Positions 8,995 to 18,809 of a DNA stretch of 64,000 nt are shown piece after piece. The notes under the pieces are model-generated. The model was not told where the DNA came from and ran no database searches. It worked only from the letters and a program-made list of their open reading frames with translations. Location of the stretch: positions 39,062-103,061 of IMG/VR virus record IMGVR_UViG_3300021431_000077; one strand, given 5' to 3'. Positions within the stretch are counted from its first letter, which is position 1. Each line of letters opens with the position of its first letter. The position numbers and the translations under genes are program-made. Origin of the DNA: a virus (Duplodnaviria > Heunggongvirae > Uroviricota > Caudoviricetes).

Positions 8995-9963
8995 ATGACA
9001 AAATCTAAAAACGTAAGAAGTCTTAAAACGCTTAAACATATTGCTGACAATTTCGGTAAGGATAAGGGCAAGTCTAAAAAGAAGGAACACCTTCTTGACA
9101 AGATTTTTGACAAGTCGGAGGCAGAACTTGCGAAAGAACCTGTGGAAATGCTGGACGAAGGCGAGTCTCCGATGGACGACCTCCCGAGTGAAAAGGAAGT
9201 GGACCTTGAACCCGCACATGAAGTTACCCCTAGGATGCTTGACGTAAGGCCGATTACCAAGCGATACGACGGGATTAAGCAGAATGTCGTTGTGTTCAGC
9301 GGTGGCTTTGACAGCACCCTGATTCTTGTTGACTTGCTCGAAAAGGGTTTCAAGCCCAGACTGCTTACGTTCCAGTGCAAACAGTTTGGCGACAATCTTC
9401 ATTACGTGTCTGAAATGGCTGCACAGCAGAAGATTCTCGAATACTTGGCAAAGAAGTACGATTATACCCCGAGCCGTGATTACATCAGGCTCGAAGGCGA
9501 CCTGATTGGATGGACAGGTTCTGAACCCGCCTTGTTCCAACAGCCGTTTATGACATCTATGGTGTCTATCGGCGGTCGAAACAACTCTTGTTACCACTTT
9601 GGGTATCATCGTGGCGACGACTTCTGGCACAGCTCCCACAACATCCTTGCAGCACAGGAACATCTGTTGGCAGTGGCAGGGCAGAAGAACATCATGTTCA
9701 GCTTCCCGTTGCAGTATTTTACAAAGGCTGACATCATCCGCATGCTGAACTACTATCATTTCCCGACAGACCTTTGCACATTTTGCTATTCCCCGACCTA
9801 CAAGGGCCGCTGCGGTCATTGCGTGGCTTGCCAGACTTACGACAAGGCGATTGATGAAATTACCCGTACATCGGGTGCTTATAAAAAAATGGGTGCGGAC
9901 CTGTATTACCCAGAAGGATTTATCGACAGCGTGCCGAAGAAGTCCTCTTCTTGGGATGACTAA
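8995..9963 (+). CDS. queC: QueC-like 7-cyano-7-deazaguanine synthase with ~90 aa K/E-rich N-terminal extension
   Basis: PP-loop VVVFSGGFDSTL; C-terminal zinc motif CTFC...RCGHCVAC matching QueC CGHCAAC. Confidence 0.8.
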   Translation: MTKSKNVRSLKTLKHIADNFGKDKGKSKKKEHLLDKIFDKSEAELAKEPVEMLDEGESPMDDLPSEKEVDLEPAHEVTPRMLDVRPITKRYDGIKQNVVVFSGGFDSTLILVDLLEKGFKPRLLTFQCKQFGDNLHYVSEMAAQQKILEYLAKKYDYTPSRDYIRLEGDLIGWTGSEPALFQQPFMTSMVSIGGRNNSCYHFGYHRGDDFWHSSHNILAAQEHLLAVAGQKNIMFSFPLQYFTKADIIRMLNYYHFPTDLCTFCYSPTYKGRCGHCVACQTYDKAIDEITRTSGAYKKMGADLYYPEGFIDSVPKKSSSWDD

Positions 9964-9980
9964 TAAAGATAGGTATTGAA

Positions 9981-10943
9981 ATGGAAAAGAAACTTAACAC
10001 ATATACAAACGGAAACCACAAGGTAACCATCTACTCTGATGGTACAAAAATCAAAGAAACCATCGACCCCAAGGCCGACCATTTCACTTATGATTTTCCA
10101 GAAAATTTTGACATCAAGATTACCGACCAGTGCGACGGTGGCTGTGTATATTGCCATGAAAACTCCACTGTGAACGGAAAGCATGGTGACCTCAAGGCTT
10201 TGGAACCGATGATTGCAACCCTGCATGCTGGTACGGAATGCGCTGTGGGCGGGGGCAACGCTTTGGCTCACCCTGACCTCGTATGGTTCCTCGAACGCTT
10301 GAAGGAACAGGGTGTCATTGCGAACATCACCATTAACCAGCGTCACCTGAGACCGTACAAGGACCTCATCTGCAAGATTGTAGGCGAAGGCCTTGTTCAT
10401 GGAATTGGCATTTCCCTTGCCGATGCAAGCAACACGGAAGACTTTGCTTTCATCGACACGCTCGGCAACAATGTCGTTATCCACACCATTGCGGGCATCC
10501 TTTCCGAAAAGGATGTTTCCCCGTTGATGGGCCGCAAGATTCTTATCCTTGGCTACAAGGACTTGCGCCGTGGGCACGCCCTGCTCGAAAAGAAGTCCGA
10601 CGAAATCAAGGCGAACATCAAGTGGTTGCAGAGCCTGTTGGTTCGGATTGGTTCAACCAATATCAATCCGTTCAAGGTAATCTCGTTTGACTGCCTCGGT
10701 ATCGAACAGCTTAACCCGAAGGCGTTGCTCGACATTTCCGACGCCCGTTATGAAACCCTTTTCCAAGGTTCGGACACGGATGTTAAGGACGCTGACGGAA
10801 ACATTGCCTGTGCGACGATGTACATCGACGTTCCCAACATGCAGGTGGCCCGTATGAGCACTGCTGCGTTGGACAAGCGTTATCCGTTCACGGGTAAGGA
10901 AAACATTCACGACCTGCTTCAGATTACTACACAAGGATGGTAA
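9981..10943 (+). CDS. radical SAM protein (CDGGCVYCHEN = Cx3Cx2C), possibly QueE-like
   Basis: radical SAM cysteine triad near N-terminus; adjacency to queC; 320 aa is longer than typical QueE. Confidence 0.55.
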   Translation: MEKKLNTYTNGNHKVTIYSDGTKIKETIDPKADHFTYDFPENFDIKITDQCDGGCVYCHENSTVNGKHGDLKALEPMIATLHAGTECAVGGGNALAHPDLVWFLERLKEQGVIANITINQRHLRPYKDLICKIVGEGLVHGIGISLADASNTEDFAFIDTLGNNVVIHTIAGILSEKDVSPLMGRKILILGYKDLRRGHALLEKKSDEIKANIKWLQSLLVRIGSTNINPFKVISFDCLGIEQLNPKALLDISDARYETLFQGSDTDVKDADGNIACATMYIDVPNMQVARMSTAALDKRYPFTGKENIHDLLQITTQGW

Positions 10944-10945
10944 GT

Positions 10946-11617
10946 ATGAGAACAATCAGAGAACATGTGTTTGAAACGAATTCCAGTTCGTGCCATAGCC
11001 TTACTGTTTCCGACAAGCAGTTGCCATCGGATTTGAAATTTCCGAAGACCCTTCTGATGGCGGGGACCAATTGGTACGATGCCAATTCTGATTTGGTTAA
11101 TCCAGAGGAAAAGGCTGACTATGTGGCGGTATGCCTTGCCGAGTACCTTGAATGGGAACTCGACCTCCGTACGGTGAAGTTTTATCGGGAGTTTGTTCCT
11201 TCCAAAAAATGGGGAGCGTTTGAACGTGCGGTAGACGGGCACTCTTGGTATACATGCAAGGTTGACGGTGTGGATGTCCCTGCAATGTATAGGGCGACCG
11301 ATTCGTTGCGACCGCCAAGGAAGGTGGTTGAAACAGTAACCGAGCATTTTGAAACCATCAAGAAGAATATCGAAACCACGTTTGCCAAGCACGGCGTTCA
11401 AGTGAAATGGTTTGACAAGGATAATCGTGGAATTGATTTTGATTTTGTTAACGGTGGCGTAATGGTCAAGGGAAGTATCGACGACCGTTCCTCGCCCAGA
11501 AATTGCTATCAAGAAACAAAGGCGATTATCGAAATGCTTAACGAGGACGAACCCGAACGCCTGTTCAACTTTATTTTCAACCCTGAATCAATTGTTCACT
11601 GTGATTCAGACTCGTAA
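10946..11617 (+). CDS. member 1 of paralogous family with N-terminal motif MRTIREHVFETNSSSCHS
   Basis: conserved 19-aa N-terminus shared with four other ORFs; body unrelated. Confidence 0.6.
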   Translation: MRTIREHVFETNSSSCHSLTVSDKQLPSDLKFPKTLLMAGTNWYDANSDLVNPEEKADYVAVCLAEYLEWELDLRTVKFYREFVPSKKWGAFERAVDGHSWYTCKVDGVDVPAMYRATDSLRPPRKVVETVTEHFETIKKNIETTFAKHGVQVKWFDKDNRGIDFDFVNGGVMVKGSIDDRSSPRNCYQETKAIIEMLNEDEPERLFNFIFNPESIVHCDSDS

Positions 11618-11627
11618 GGAGACCAAG

Positions 11628-12062
11628 ATGAAAACGATAAGACAATCAGTCTTTGAAACCAACAGTTCTAGCTGCCATGCGTTCAGCATCACTACTGAAC
11701 AAAAGTTTGACCCGAAGAGATATCCTCGCATCCTGGTATCTGGCTGCGGTGAATATGGGTGGTATGGCCCAGATGTGGAAACACCTGACGACCACCTCGA
11801 CTATGCTCTCGTGGCGGGCAAGTATATCTTCCACGAAGGCCTCCGTGAAAAGCTCCCTGCTATTCAGGAATACTTCGAAGAGCATGGCGTTATCGTCGAT
11901 TTCGACTTCAAGGATGAACCGTCTGGTTACATCGACCACCAGAGCGCTCCTAGCGTAGACGAAGATAGCCGTCGCATTGGCAACATGCTTGACGACCCAG
12001 AGGAACTGTTCACCTTTGTGTTCAGCGGCTCTGTAATCTCCATGGGAAACGACAACGATTAG
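11628..12062 (+). CDS. member 2 of MKTIRxxVFETNSSSxHA family
   Basis: start moved to MKTIRQSVFETNSSSCHAF with RBS taaggagacc. Confidence 0.6.
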   Translation: MKTIRQSVFETNSSSCHAFSITTEQKFDPKRYPRILVSGCGEYGWYGPDVETPDDHLDYALVAGKYIFHEGLREKLPAIQEYFEEHGVIVDFDFKDEPSGYIDHQSAPSVDEDSRRIGNMLDDPEELFTFVFSGSVISMGNDND

Positions 12063-12071
12063 GGTAACTCT

Positions 12072-12785
12072 ATGAGAACCATCAGAATGAATGTTTTTGA
12101 GACGAACTCGTCGTCCGAGCATGCGTTTACCTACCCGAAGGGAACGGAACCGACAATGCGTGACAAGTCGGAGTTCCCGCTTCCTGACGAAAACGGGCTG
12201 CTGGAAATCGAACTGGATACGTTCTGGCAGTCGGGCAACCCGAAGTGCTACACTAACGATGTCAAGCGGATTATCCAGTATCTTGCCGCACAGTCGGTAT
12301 ATTCCGTTCTTACCGAATGGAGAATTGACGGAGACAAGGGAGTTGTCTACAAGGTGCGGAAGGATATCAGGGAAAAGAACCATAAGGATTTCCTTGAACT
12401 GCTCAATGAAGTGTATCGGGAGTTCGGTCTTCCCGAGATAAAGGACTACCGTTGCTATACATTGACAGTGGATGGCGACAAGGTTGTCATCGACGGGGAT
12501 GAACCGCAGGATTACAGGAACTGCGAGTTCGACCCTGCCGACATGGACCGTGACGAATACGATGCCATGGTCGCTAGGTTCCATGAGAATAGTGACTATC
12601 CTGACTGCCCTAAGCTGGCCCATTACATTGGAATATCTGGTAATTGCCTTACTGGAGATTCCTTCATGGAAGCTATGCAGTATTTCGGTCCTGAGGACTG
12701 GCGAGATGACTTGTACGATACGAAGTACGAGATGCCGCTTGACCTTCTCAGGAGACACATAACCCTAACCTTCTGGCACAGCTAA
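12072..12785 (+). CDS. member 3 of MKTIRxxVFETNSSSxHA family
   Basis: MRTIRMNVFETNSSSEHAF. Confidence 0.6.
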   Translation: MRTIRMNVFETNSSSEHAFTYPKGTEPTMRDKSEFPLPDENGLLEIELDTFWQSGNPKCYTNDVKRIIQYLAAQSVYSVLTEWRIDGDKGVVYKVRKDIREKNHKDFLELLNEVYREFGLPEIKDYRCYTLTVDGDKVVIDGDEPQDYRNCEFDPADMDRDEYDAMVARFHENSDYPDCPKLAHYIGISGNCLTGDSFMEAMQYFGPEDWRDDLYDTKYEMPLDLLRRHITLTFWHS

Positions 12786-12794
12786 GAGGAGATA

Positions 12795-13544
12795 ATGAAA
12801 AAACTAATATTCATATTAGCTCTGTTGGTCTCGATGGTATCAGCTATCGAGATACCTGCCATCCCGCAAAGCACCTTCGTGTATGACGGGGCAGGAATCA
12901 TGTCGGCGAATCAGGTCTACCAGTTCAATGCGATTGCATCTGACCTTGCCAAGAACGCTCATTTCGGACTTGCCTTGGCCACATTCAAGTCGATTGACGG
13001 CCAAGACCCAGTTGAATTCAGTTTGAAAGTTGCCCAGAAGTGGGCGATTTGCAGCAAGGATTCCAACGAAGGTGTCCTAATCTATGTCGTGATGGACCCG
13101 CACTACCGAGGGGTACAGGTCGGCTACGGTTCGGAAGGGTATCTGCCCGATGTCCTTGTGGAGCATTTGCAGCAAGCCTCGCTTATCCCCGCATTGCAGC
13201 AGGGCGAGGGTGGCAAGGGTGCAATCAAGTTGGCCAGCATGATTGCACAGAAGGTGCAGGAAGAGAAGAAGATTGCACTGTCTGCAACTCTCGATACGGC
13301 ACAGCTCGCTCCTGTCAAAAAGGAGGAGAGCATTCCAGGTTATAAGAAGGCGTTGATTGTCGTCGCTGTAATCGTCATCTGCGTCATCCTTGGTATCATC
13401 GAGGCTGTTACCGACATCCCGTGTTTGAGCTTCCTGCTTCTTATCCTGTCTTGCCTTGGTGGAAAGGGCGGTGGAAGCAGCGGTGGCCGAGGTGGGTTCG
13501 GTGGAGGAGGATTCGGCGGTGGCGGAAGTCACGGTGGCTGGTAG
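12795..13544 (+). CDS. TPM-domain (TLP18.3/Psb32/MOLO-1) protein, secreted/membrane, Gly-rich C-terminal tail
   Basis: signal peptide, TPM-like core, C-terminal TM then GGGSSGGRGGFGGGGFGGGG tail typical of YgcG-like proteins. Confidence 0.65.
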   Translation: MKKLIFILALLVSMVSAIEIPAIPQSTFVYDGAGIMSANQVYQFNAIASDLAKNAHFGLALATFKSIDGQDPVEFSLKVAQKWAICSKDSNEGVLIYVVMDPHYRGVQVGYGSEGYLPDVLVEHLQQASLIPALQQGEGGKGAIKLASMIAQKVQEEKKIALSATLDTAQLAPVKKEESIPGYKKALIVVAVIVICVILGIIEAVTDIPCLSFLLLILSCLGGKGGGSSGGRGGFGGGGFGGGGSHGGW

Positions 13545-13608
13545 CCTTGACAGGAATCCAATTAAATACTACATTTTAAACAACCAATTAAACAAAAAGA
13601 GGTAAACA

Positions 13609-14205
13609 ATGTCTACGGGCAAAATCATCCTTATCGTTCTCGTTCTTTTCGCATTCATGTGCGGAGGAGCATTCATCGGCCAGTTCAACGAAATCCGCAC
13701 CCTTGAAAACGGTGTGCAGGTGAGCTGGGCAAACGTCGAAAACCAGTATCAGCGTCGTTACGACCTCATCCCGAACATCGTCGAAACTGTGAAGGGCGAA
13801 GCTAACTTCGAAAAGAGTACGCTCACCGAAGTCATCGAAGCCCGCAGCAAGATGGGTGGCGTGATTAAGATGGACGAGAAGATGCTTGGCGACGAACGTG
13901 CTATGAAGCGCTTCCAAGAAGCACAGAATAGCCTCGGTGGAGCCTTGCAGCGTCTTATGATGGTTACGGAAAACTATCCGAACTTGAAGGCCAATGCCGC
14001 TTTCCGAGACCTCCGTGTGCAGCTTGAAGGATGCGAAAACCGTATTGCTGAATCCAGACGCCAGTTCAATACTGCTGTGGGTCAGTTGAACAACAAGGTA
14101 AGAACCTTCCCTGGTGTCCTTGTTGCAGGTTTCGCAGGTGTTACCCCGAAGGTCCCGTTTGCAGCAGTTGATGGTGCTAATGTGGCCCCGACGGTAAAGT
14201 TCTAA
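13609..14205 (+). CDS. lemA: LemA family protein
   Basis: N-terminal TM + QFNEIRTLENGVQVSWANVENQYQRRYDLIPNIVETVKG signature. Confidence 0.8.
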   Translation: MSTGKIILIVLVLFAFMCGGAFIGQFNEIRTLENGVQVSWANVENQYQRRYDLIPNIVETVKGEANFEKSTLTEVIEARSKMGGVIKMDEKMLGDERAMKRFQEAQNSLGGALQRLMMVTENYPNLKANAAFRDLRVQLEGCENRIAESRRQFNTAVGQLNNKVRTFPGVLVAGFAGVTPKVPFAAVDGANVAPTVKF

Positions 14206-14225
14206 TTTAATTTAGAATATTTTTG

Positions 14226-14258
14226 AAGCGGATGGTTGACAGCCATCCGTTTTTTTGT
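14226..14258 (+). terminator. hairpin GGATGG-ttgaca-CCATCC + T7 run; doubles as -35 of next promoter
   Basis: seen in sequence. Confidence 0.6.
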
Positions 14259-14264
14259 TATATT
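14236..14264 (+). promoter_or_regulatory. sigma70-like promoter TTGACA-N17-TATATT embedded in terminator hairpin
   Basis: seen in sequence. Confidence 0.6.
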
Positions 14265-14282
14265 TTGGTAAGAGGTAATGTG

Positions 14283-14423
14283 ATGGGAATTTTTAAACAT
14301 CTTGAAAAAATACCGATACTTATGGCATCATTTATTCTTGCAATTCCTGCAGTTATAGGATTGCTGCTTGAATGTATTCCATTGGCTGTCTTCGGTATTT
14401 TGATTTATAAAACGAGGGATTAA
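14283..14423 (+). CDS. small membrane protein (46 aa)
   Basis: ORF-track ORF trimmed to ATG downstream of promoter; RBS agaggt. Confidence 0.4.
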   Translation: MGIFKHLEKIPILMASFILAIPAVIGLLLECIPLAVFGILIYKTRD

Positions 14424-14424
14424 A

Positions 14425-14907
14425 ATGAAAACCATTAGATTAGGCGTATTTGAAACCAATTCGTCTTCGGCACATGTGTTTACATATACCCCGAAGGATA
14501 AATGGGAAAGGTTTGTTGCGGGTGACCCAAACCTGATTTGGCTCAGGTATAACCCGATGACCGATAATACTCCATATGACAAGTCTGATAACATTGTCGA
14601 GGTGAAGGACTATGCAAAATACCTTCGTGAGCATTATCCTGACGACTTTGGCGAATTGTCGTTGGAGTTTATGGAAACCTTTATACGGATTACCGTAAAT
14701 CATAAAAACTCTGGTGGAAATCCAATCAGTGAGTTGCTCTATAAATTAGAGGACGACCACAAGGCAAGCAACTATCAGGAAATGAAGGACCTCTCGGATG
14801 ACTTTACTCAGACTGGCGATTACGATTGGGACAAGTCCGAAGTCACTGAAGTTAAGGAAGGTGACAATACCTTCATTAAAGCCCGTGCCGTATGGTTCGA
14901 TGGTTAA
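14425..14907 (+). CDS. member 4 of MKTIRxxVFETNSSSxHA family
   Basis: MKTIRLGVFETNSSSAHVF. Confidence 0.6.
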   Translation: MKTIRLGVFETNSSSAHVFTYTPKDKWERFVAGDPNLIWLRYNPMTDNTPYDKSDNIVEVKDYAKYLREHYPDDFGELSLEFMETFIRITVNHKNSGGNPISELLYKLEDDHKASNYQEMKDLSDDFTQTGDYDWDKSEVTEVKEGDNTFIKARAVWFDG

Positions 14908-15464
14908 TGGAGGATTGTATGAGTCTCATAGCCAGATTGTGGGAAGGTATATGTGAAGGTGGGCCGTCTATCCTAGCGTGTCATGAACGGATAATCGGCG
15001 GAATGGTCTATGCCTTTAAGAAGGCGTCTGAAACTGAAATAACTTTGGACGTATATTACGGAAATGACCATTACGATTTTGGCGTGGTGTTCAGGTCGGT
15101 TGTAAATGACAAGGAGCACTCCCCGTGTGTGACCATGAAGTACCCACCGAAGGAAAAATACGAGTTCATCCATGTTCAGGATGCCGTTGGACTGATTGGA
15201 ACATCGTTGCTTGGTGACTACAAGGAATGGAGTGACGATTCCATTAAACAGTGGGTTGAAAGCATGCTTGATGAGTACGGGAAGCTTGCCTCTTGGAGGA
15301 TATGGGTTTCCCAGAAGTTCAAGGAACTGGAATCATCCCTGCTTGAACCTGACTGGAACATCGTTGCGGCGATAACCAAAGAACTAAAAGCACATGCAGA
15401 CCTGATTTTCAAACCTGTACATGTTACATGTTCAGAAAGTCCCGAAGGCGAGAGAGAGGGATAA
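14907..15464 (+). CDS. hypothetical protein (185 aa)
   Basis: ORF track; start at ATG overlapping upstream stop (TAATG). Confidence 0.45.
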   Translation: MEDCMSLIARLWEGICEGGPSILACHERIIGGMVYAFKKASETEITLDVYYGNDHYDFGVVFRSVVNDKEHSPCVTMKYPPKEKYEFIHVQDAVGLIGTSLLGDYKEWSDDSIKQWVESMLDEYGKLASWRIWVSQKFKELESSLLEPDWNIVAAITKELKAHADLIFKPVHVTCSESPEGEREG

Positions 15465-15468
15465 GAGC

Positions 15469-17709
15469 ATGAACCCGAACGACTTGTTGGCGAAAAGTGA
15501 TGGCACTACATTGATAGCTCATTCCAGAGCAGTGGCTGACATGGCAAAGAGAATTGCTGAAACACTTGGTTTCGACAGTGTGTTAACACAACTATGCTAT
15601 TTTGCTGGGCTTTTACATGATATCGGCAAAGCGATATCACCTTTTCAGGAGATACTGCGTGAAAATGAGCATGGACCTGGTAAATTGAGCGACGATTGCA
15701 ATGCTCGTCACAGTGCGGTAAGCGGGTGGTTTATGGCTAACCATGCAGCAACGTTCAATAGAATGGTTCCTGGGGTGAATGGCGGAGCTAGTGGAATCTT
15801 GTGCCGTGCTGTTACATGGCACCACAAGCCATATTTTCCTGTTGAGAAAAGTCGGTTTGCTTACGATGAACAGTTTGATACAGAAATCAAGTCGTTTGTT
15901 GATGCACTCGTTGATAACCTTGATTGGAGCATTAGTTCTGACGACGATTTTGATTTTTCTGGTGGAGATTTTTCTTATTTCTATACCCGAAATCTTTCTG
16001 GTAAAATCAATTCTCGAATCCATGCTGTTAGGTCGGTAGTCATACGTGCTGACTATCTTGTAAGTGGAGGAGTTTCTGACTACTCGATAAGTAAACTTGC
16101 GCCTATTGATATCGATTCTATCGCATGCCCGATTGATTTCAATGAAGACCGATTTGTATTTCAGCGAAACGAAATTGCAAAGAAGGCAATGGAATCTGGC
16201 AAGAAAACTGTTGTGATAAATGCACCCGCAGGTTTTGGAAAGACTATTATTGGTCTTCTTGCAGGCCTTCATCGAGGGGAAAAGATTTACTGGGTTGTTC
16301 CAAGAAACGTTATTGCCGAAGAAGTGTATCGTTCTATTTTGAATTTGCTTTTGATGTTGAATATATCGGAAACATATTCTTTGAACATGATTTTTGGCGG
16401 AAAGGTTCAACTCGGCCCAGAAAATGCCGACATTACAGTAACTAACATTGATGCTATCTTGCAGCCGATGGGTCAACATGGAAATATGGGTTTGCAGTGT
16501 GATATGTTGAGCGGCACAATGATATTTGACGAATATCATGAACTGGTAGGAAATAGCCCGATGTGGTCGGCATTTCTTATCCTCATGGCAGCAAGAATGG
16601 AGGCAAACGGTCGGAATATCCTCGTTTCGGCAACACCGTTAGATATCATGTCGTGTTTGAAAGTGAACCCTGATGAGGTGCTGTATCTTCCAGGTAAGAA
16701 CACACATTACCAAGCACAGCATTCAGTTCCATACCACATTGAAACGGCTGACAGAATGCCCTCCTTGGTTAGTGGAGATAGTTTTGCTATCAGCAACAGC
16801 ATTTCCCGTGTGCAAAAAGTGCAGTGTGGAATTATGTTTCATAGCAAGTATACTGACGAAGACAAAAACGGCATCATATCCCAATTATTGGATTCGTTCG
16901 GAAAGGGAAAGACCAATGTGGTCGATGGGGTATCAGCAGGCCCGATTTTAAGCACTTCGCTTGACCTGTCGTGTACTCATTTGTATGAAAGTGTATGCAG
17001 CCCTATGGATTCCATGCAACGAATTGGTCGGTGTAACCGCTTTGGCCACAAAAGTGGATGTTCGGTAACTTTCGTGACTGGAAGCGTTCCAGGTGAACGA
17101 GACTATGTGAATATGAAATTTACGACGGAGCTTCGCTCAGAATGGTGTGACACTATCAGTCGGGAATTCAATAAAAAAGATATTACTCTTGATGAAATGT
17201 ATTGTTTCTACGATAAGTTCATGGAAGAAAATGCTGCCCGTATTAAAAGCTGGATGGTTGGTCTTCAGCAAGAGAGTATCAACTGTCTCGTTACAAGCTG
17301 TGCCCCATGTGCTTTTGAAGTTGTTTTACCGAAAAAGAACAAAGGCAAAAGCGGCGGTACTATACGAAACCCAGAACCAAATATGTACTACATAGTCCCG
17401 TCGTCCGACGAGAAGACATACTATGGGCCGTTCAGTATAGACATTGCCACGGCAAACGGACCGAAGTATGGTAGAATATTCAGACAGGTGAACAACTTAA
17501 CTGAATACGAAAAGGCCAAGTTGGTATCACCTACACTTGTGAGCGGGACAACAGAATATCTATCGGGTGGAAAACGCCAGAAGAATTGGTATAAGGAGAA
17601 TGCCGACAAGTTGGCTAGAAACTCGGAAAGCCCATTTGTCGTATCTGCTAGGTATATGACATACGACTCGTTCAATGGCGTTGTGTTCAACACGAATATG
17701 GATGAATAA
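15469..17709 (+). CDS. cas3: Cas3 HD nuclease-helicase (no Cas2 fusion)
   Basis: N-terminal HD motif HSRAVADMA...LLHDIGKA; Walker A INAPAGFGKT; DEYH box MIFDEYHEL; followed by Cascade/Cas6 genes and CRISPR array. Confidence 0.85.
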   Translation: MNPNDLLAKSDGTTLIAHSRAVADMAKRIAETLGFDSVLTQLCYFAGLLHDIGKAISPFQEILRENEHGPGKLSDDCNARHSAVSGWFMANHAATFNRMVPGVNGGASGILCRAVTWHHKPYFPVEKSRFAYDEQFDTEIKSFVDALVDNLDWSISSDDDFDFSGGDFSYFYTRNLSGKINSRIHAVRSVVIRADYLVSGGVSDYSISKLAPIDIDSIACPIDFNEDRFVFQRNEIAKKAMESGKKTVVINAPAGFGKTIIGLLAGLHRGEKIYWVVPRNVIAEEVYRSILNLLLMLNISETYSLNMIFGGKVQLGPENADITVTNIDAILQPMGQHGNMGLQCDMLSGTMIFDEYHELVGNSPMWSAFLILMAARMEANGRNILVSATPLDIMSCLKVNPDEVLYLPGKNTHYQAQHSVPYHIETADRMPSLVSGDSFAISNSISRVQKVQCGIMFHSKYTDEDKNGIISQLLDSFGKGKTNVVDGVSAGPILSTSLDLSCTHLYESVCSPMDSMQRIGRCNRFGHKSGCSVTFVTGSVPGERDYVNMKFTTELRSEWCDTISREFNKKDITLDEMYCFYDKFMEENAARIKSWMVGLQQESINCLVTSCAPCAFEVVLPKKNKGKSGGTIRNPEPNMYYIVPSSDEKTYYGPFSIDIATANGPKYGRIFRQVNNLTEYEKAKLVSPTLVSGTTEYLSGGKRQKNWYKENADKLARNSESPFVVSARYMTYDSFNGVVFNTNMDE

Positions 17710-17746
17710 ATATAGTAGTTTGTAAATATATTTTTACATAATACGC

Positions 17747-17775
17747 CTGACATCCATGATTAAATTAACTATATT
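17747..17775 (+). promoter_or_regulatory. putative internal promoter CTGACA-N17-TATATT ahead of Cascade genes
   Basis: seen in sequence. Confidence 0.4.
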
Positions 17776-17808
17776 TAATATCAAATCAAACACAAAAAGG
17801 AAACAAAT

Positions 17809-18807
17809 ATGTCTACACAGCTGTCAACAATTAAAATTCAGGTAACATTCAAGGGTCAGGGCATTGTCAACTTTGACAGCACCGACCAAAAGTGGATGGT
17901 GAACAAGAGTCTTGGAGCGAATGTCATTTCTCATGACAATACCAAGATTGCCAAGGCGTCATATACGAAGGATGCCGATGGAAAAATTGTTCGTACACTG
18001 AAGGTGTCTTCTCAGTGTTTACGACAGGCTATATATGGAGTTAAACACAATCCGAATATAATGTATAGCGCTGAATTGTTTAATGATTCTATAACATCCA
18101 AGCCTGCTCTCGTTGGCGGTTACATGTATGTTAACGAAAAGAAGGGGGCGGCAAGAAGGAAAAGTCCGCTTGCTGTAACAGATGCTCATGAAGTAAGCGG
18201 TGCGATTTCTATGTTTAACGTACATAGTAACAGCGGAGACCGCAATGATACAAGCCTCTACTATGTTGAAGAAGTAGGAGCAACCCGCTTTGTATCAGAC
18301 ATGTTTATTGACCTTTCTGAGCTTAAACACGTTCCCCTTTCGGACACCTATGGACGCAACAGTGTGTTTCCAGATGGTGAAGAAGTGTTCAAAGCAAAAC
18401 TGACTGAAAAGTATGGTACAATCACCGAAGGTTTCTTTCATATGGACGGTGAAGAGGGTGTCGTTCCTGAATATGGGGTAGATATTTCTGATGCCGCTGT
18501 TGTGGATATTTTCCGTGATTTGATTGCCCATATCAAGCAACTCCGTATAGTACGTGCCAATGGTTATCTTGAATTTGAATCAATGAAATTCTTCAAATTT
18601 GAAAATGGTTCGTGGGTACAAATGAATGAACCTGTTGAATTTACAGTTAAGAGCCGTTATATCCTTACAGAAGACCAGGATGCCGCTAAAACACTTCATG
18701 ACGATGTGTGTGGACAGGCGAAGCAGGACCAAACTTCTCGTAAAGAAGCTAAGGCAGAAAAAAAGGCTAAGAAGGCTGCGAAGAAGGCTGAAAAGGAAAA
18801 CAAGTAA
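17809..18807 (+). CDS. Cascade subunit candidate (Cas7f2/Cas7fv-like by size and order), K-rich C-terminal tail
   Basis: position between cas3 and cas6f; size 332 aa matches type I-F2 (I-Fv) backbone subunits; no direct motif proof. Confidence 0.4.
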   Translation: MSTQLSTIKIQVTFKGQGIVNFDSTDQKWMVNKSLGANVISHDNTKIAKASYTKDADGKIVRTLKVSSQCLRQAIYGVKHNPNIMYSAELFNDSITSKPALVGGYMYVNEKKGAARRKSPLAVTDAHEVSGAISMFNVHSNSGDRNDTSLYYVEEVGATRFVSDMFIDLSELKHVPLSDTYGRNSVFPDGEEVFKAKLTEKYGTITEGFFHMDGEEGVVPEYGVDISDAAVVDIFRDLIAHIKQLRIVRANGYLEFESMKFFKFENGSWVQMNEPVEFTVKSRYILTEDQDAAKTLHDDVCGQAKQDQTSRKEAKAEKKAKKAAKKAEKENK

Positions 18808-18809
18808 TC

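Noticed and set aside
8950-9819. 289-aa minus-strand ORF
   Set aside because: Antisense to the queC-like gene, which carries convincing PP-loop and zinc motifs.
11646-12758. 370-aa minus-strand ORF
   Set aside because: Antisense to two family paralogs that have RBSs and conserved N-termini; a shadow ORF.
14223-14282. Start of ORF 14223 (MKRMVDSHPFF...)
   Set aside because: That N-terminus lies inside the terminator hairpin and promoter; the gene was trimmed to the ATG at 14283.
15637-16539. 300-aa minus-strand ORF
   Set aside because: Antisense to cas3, low-complexity composition and no RBS; a shadow ORF.
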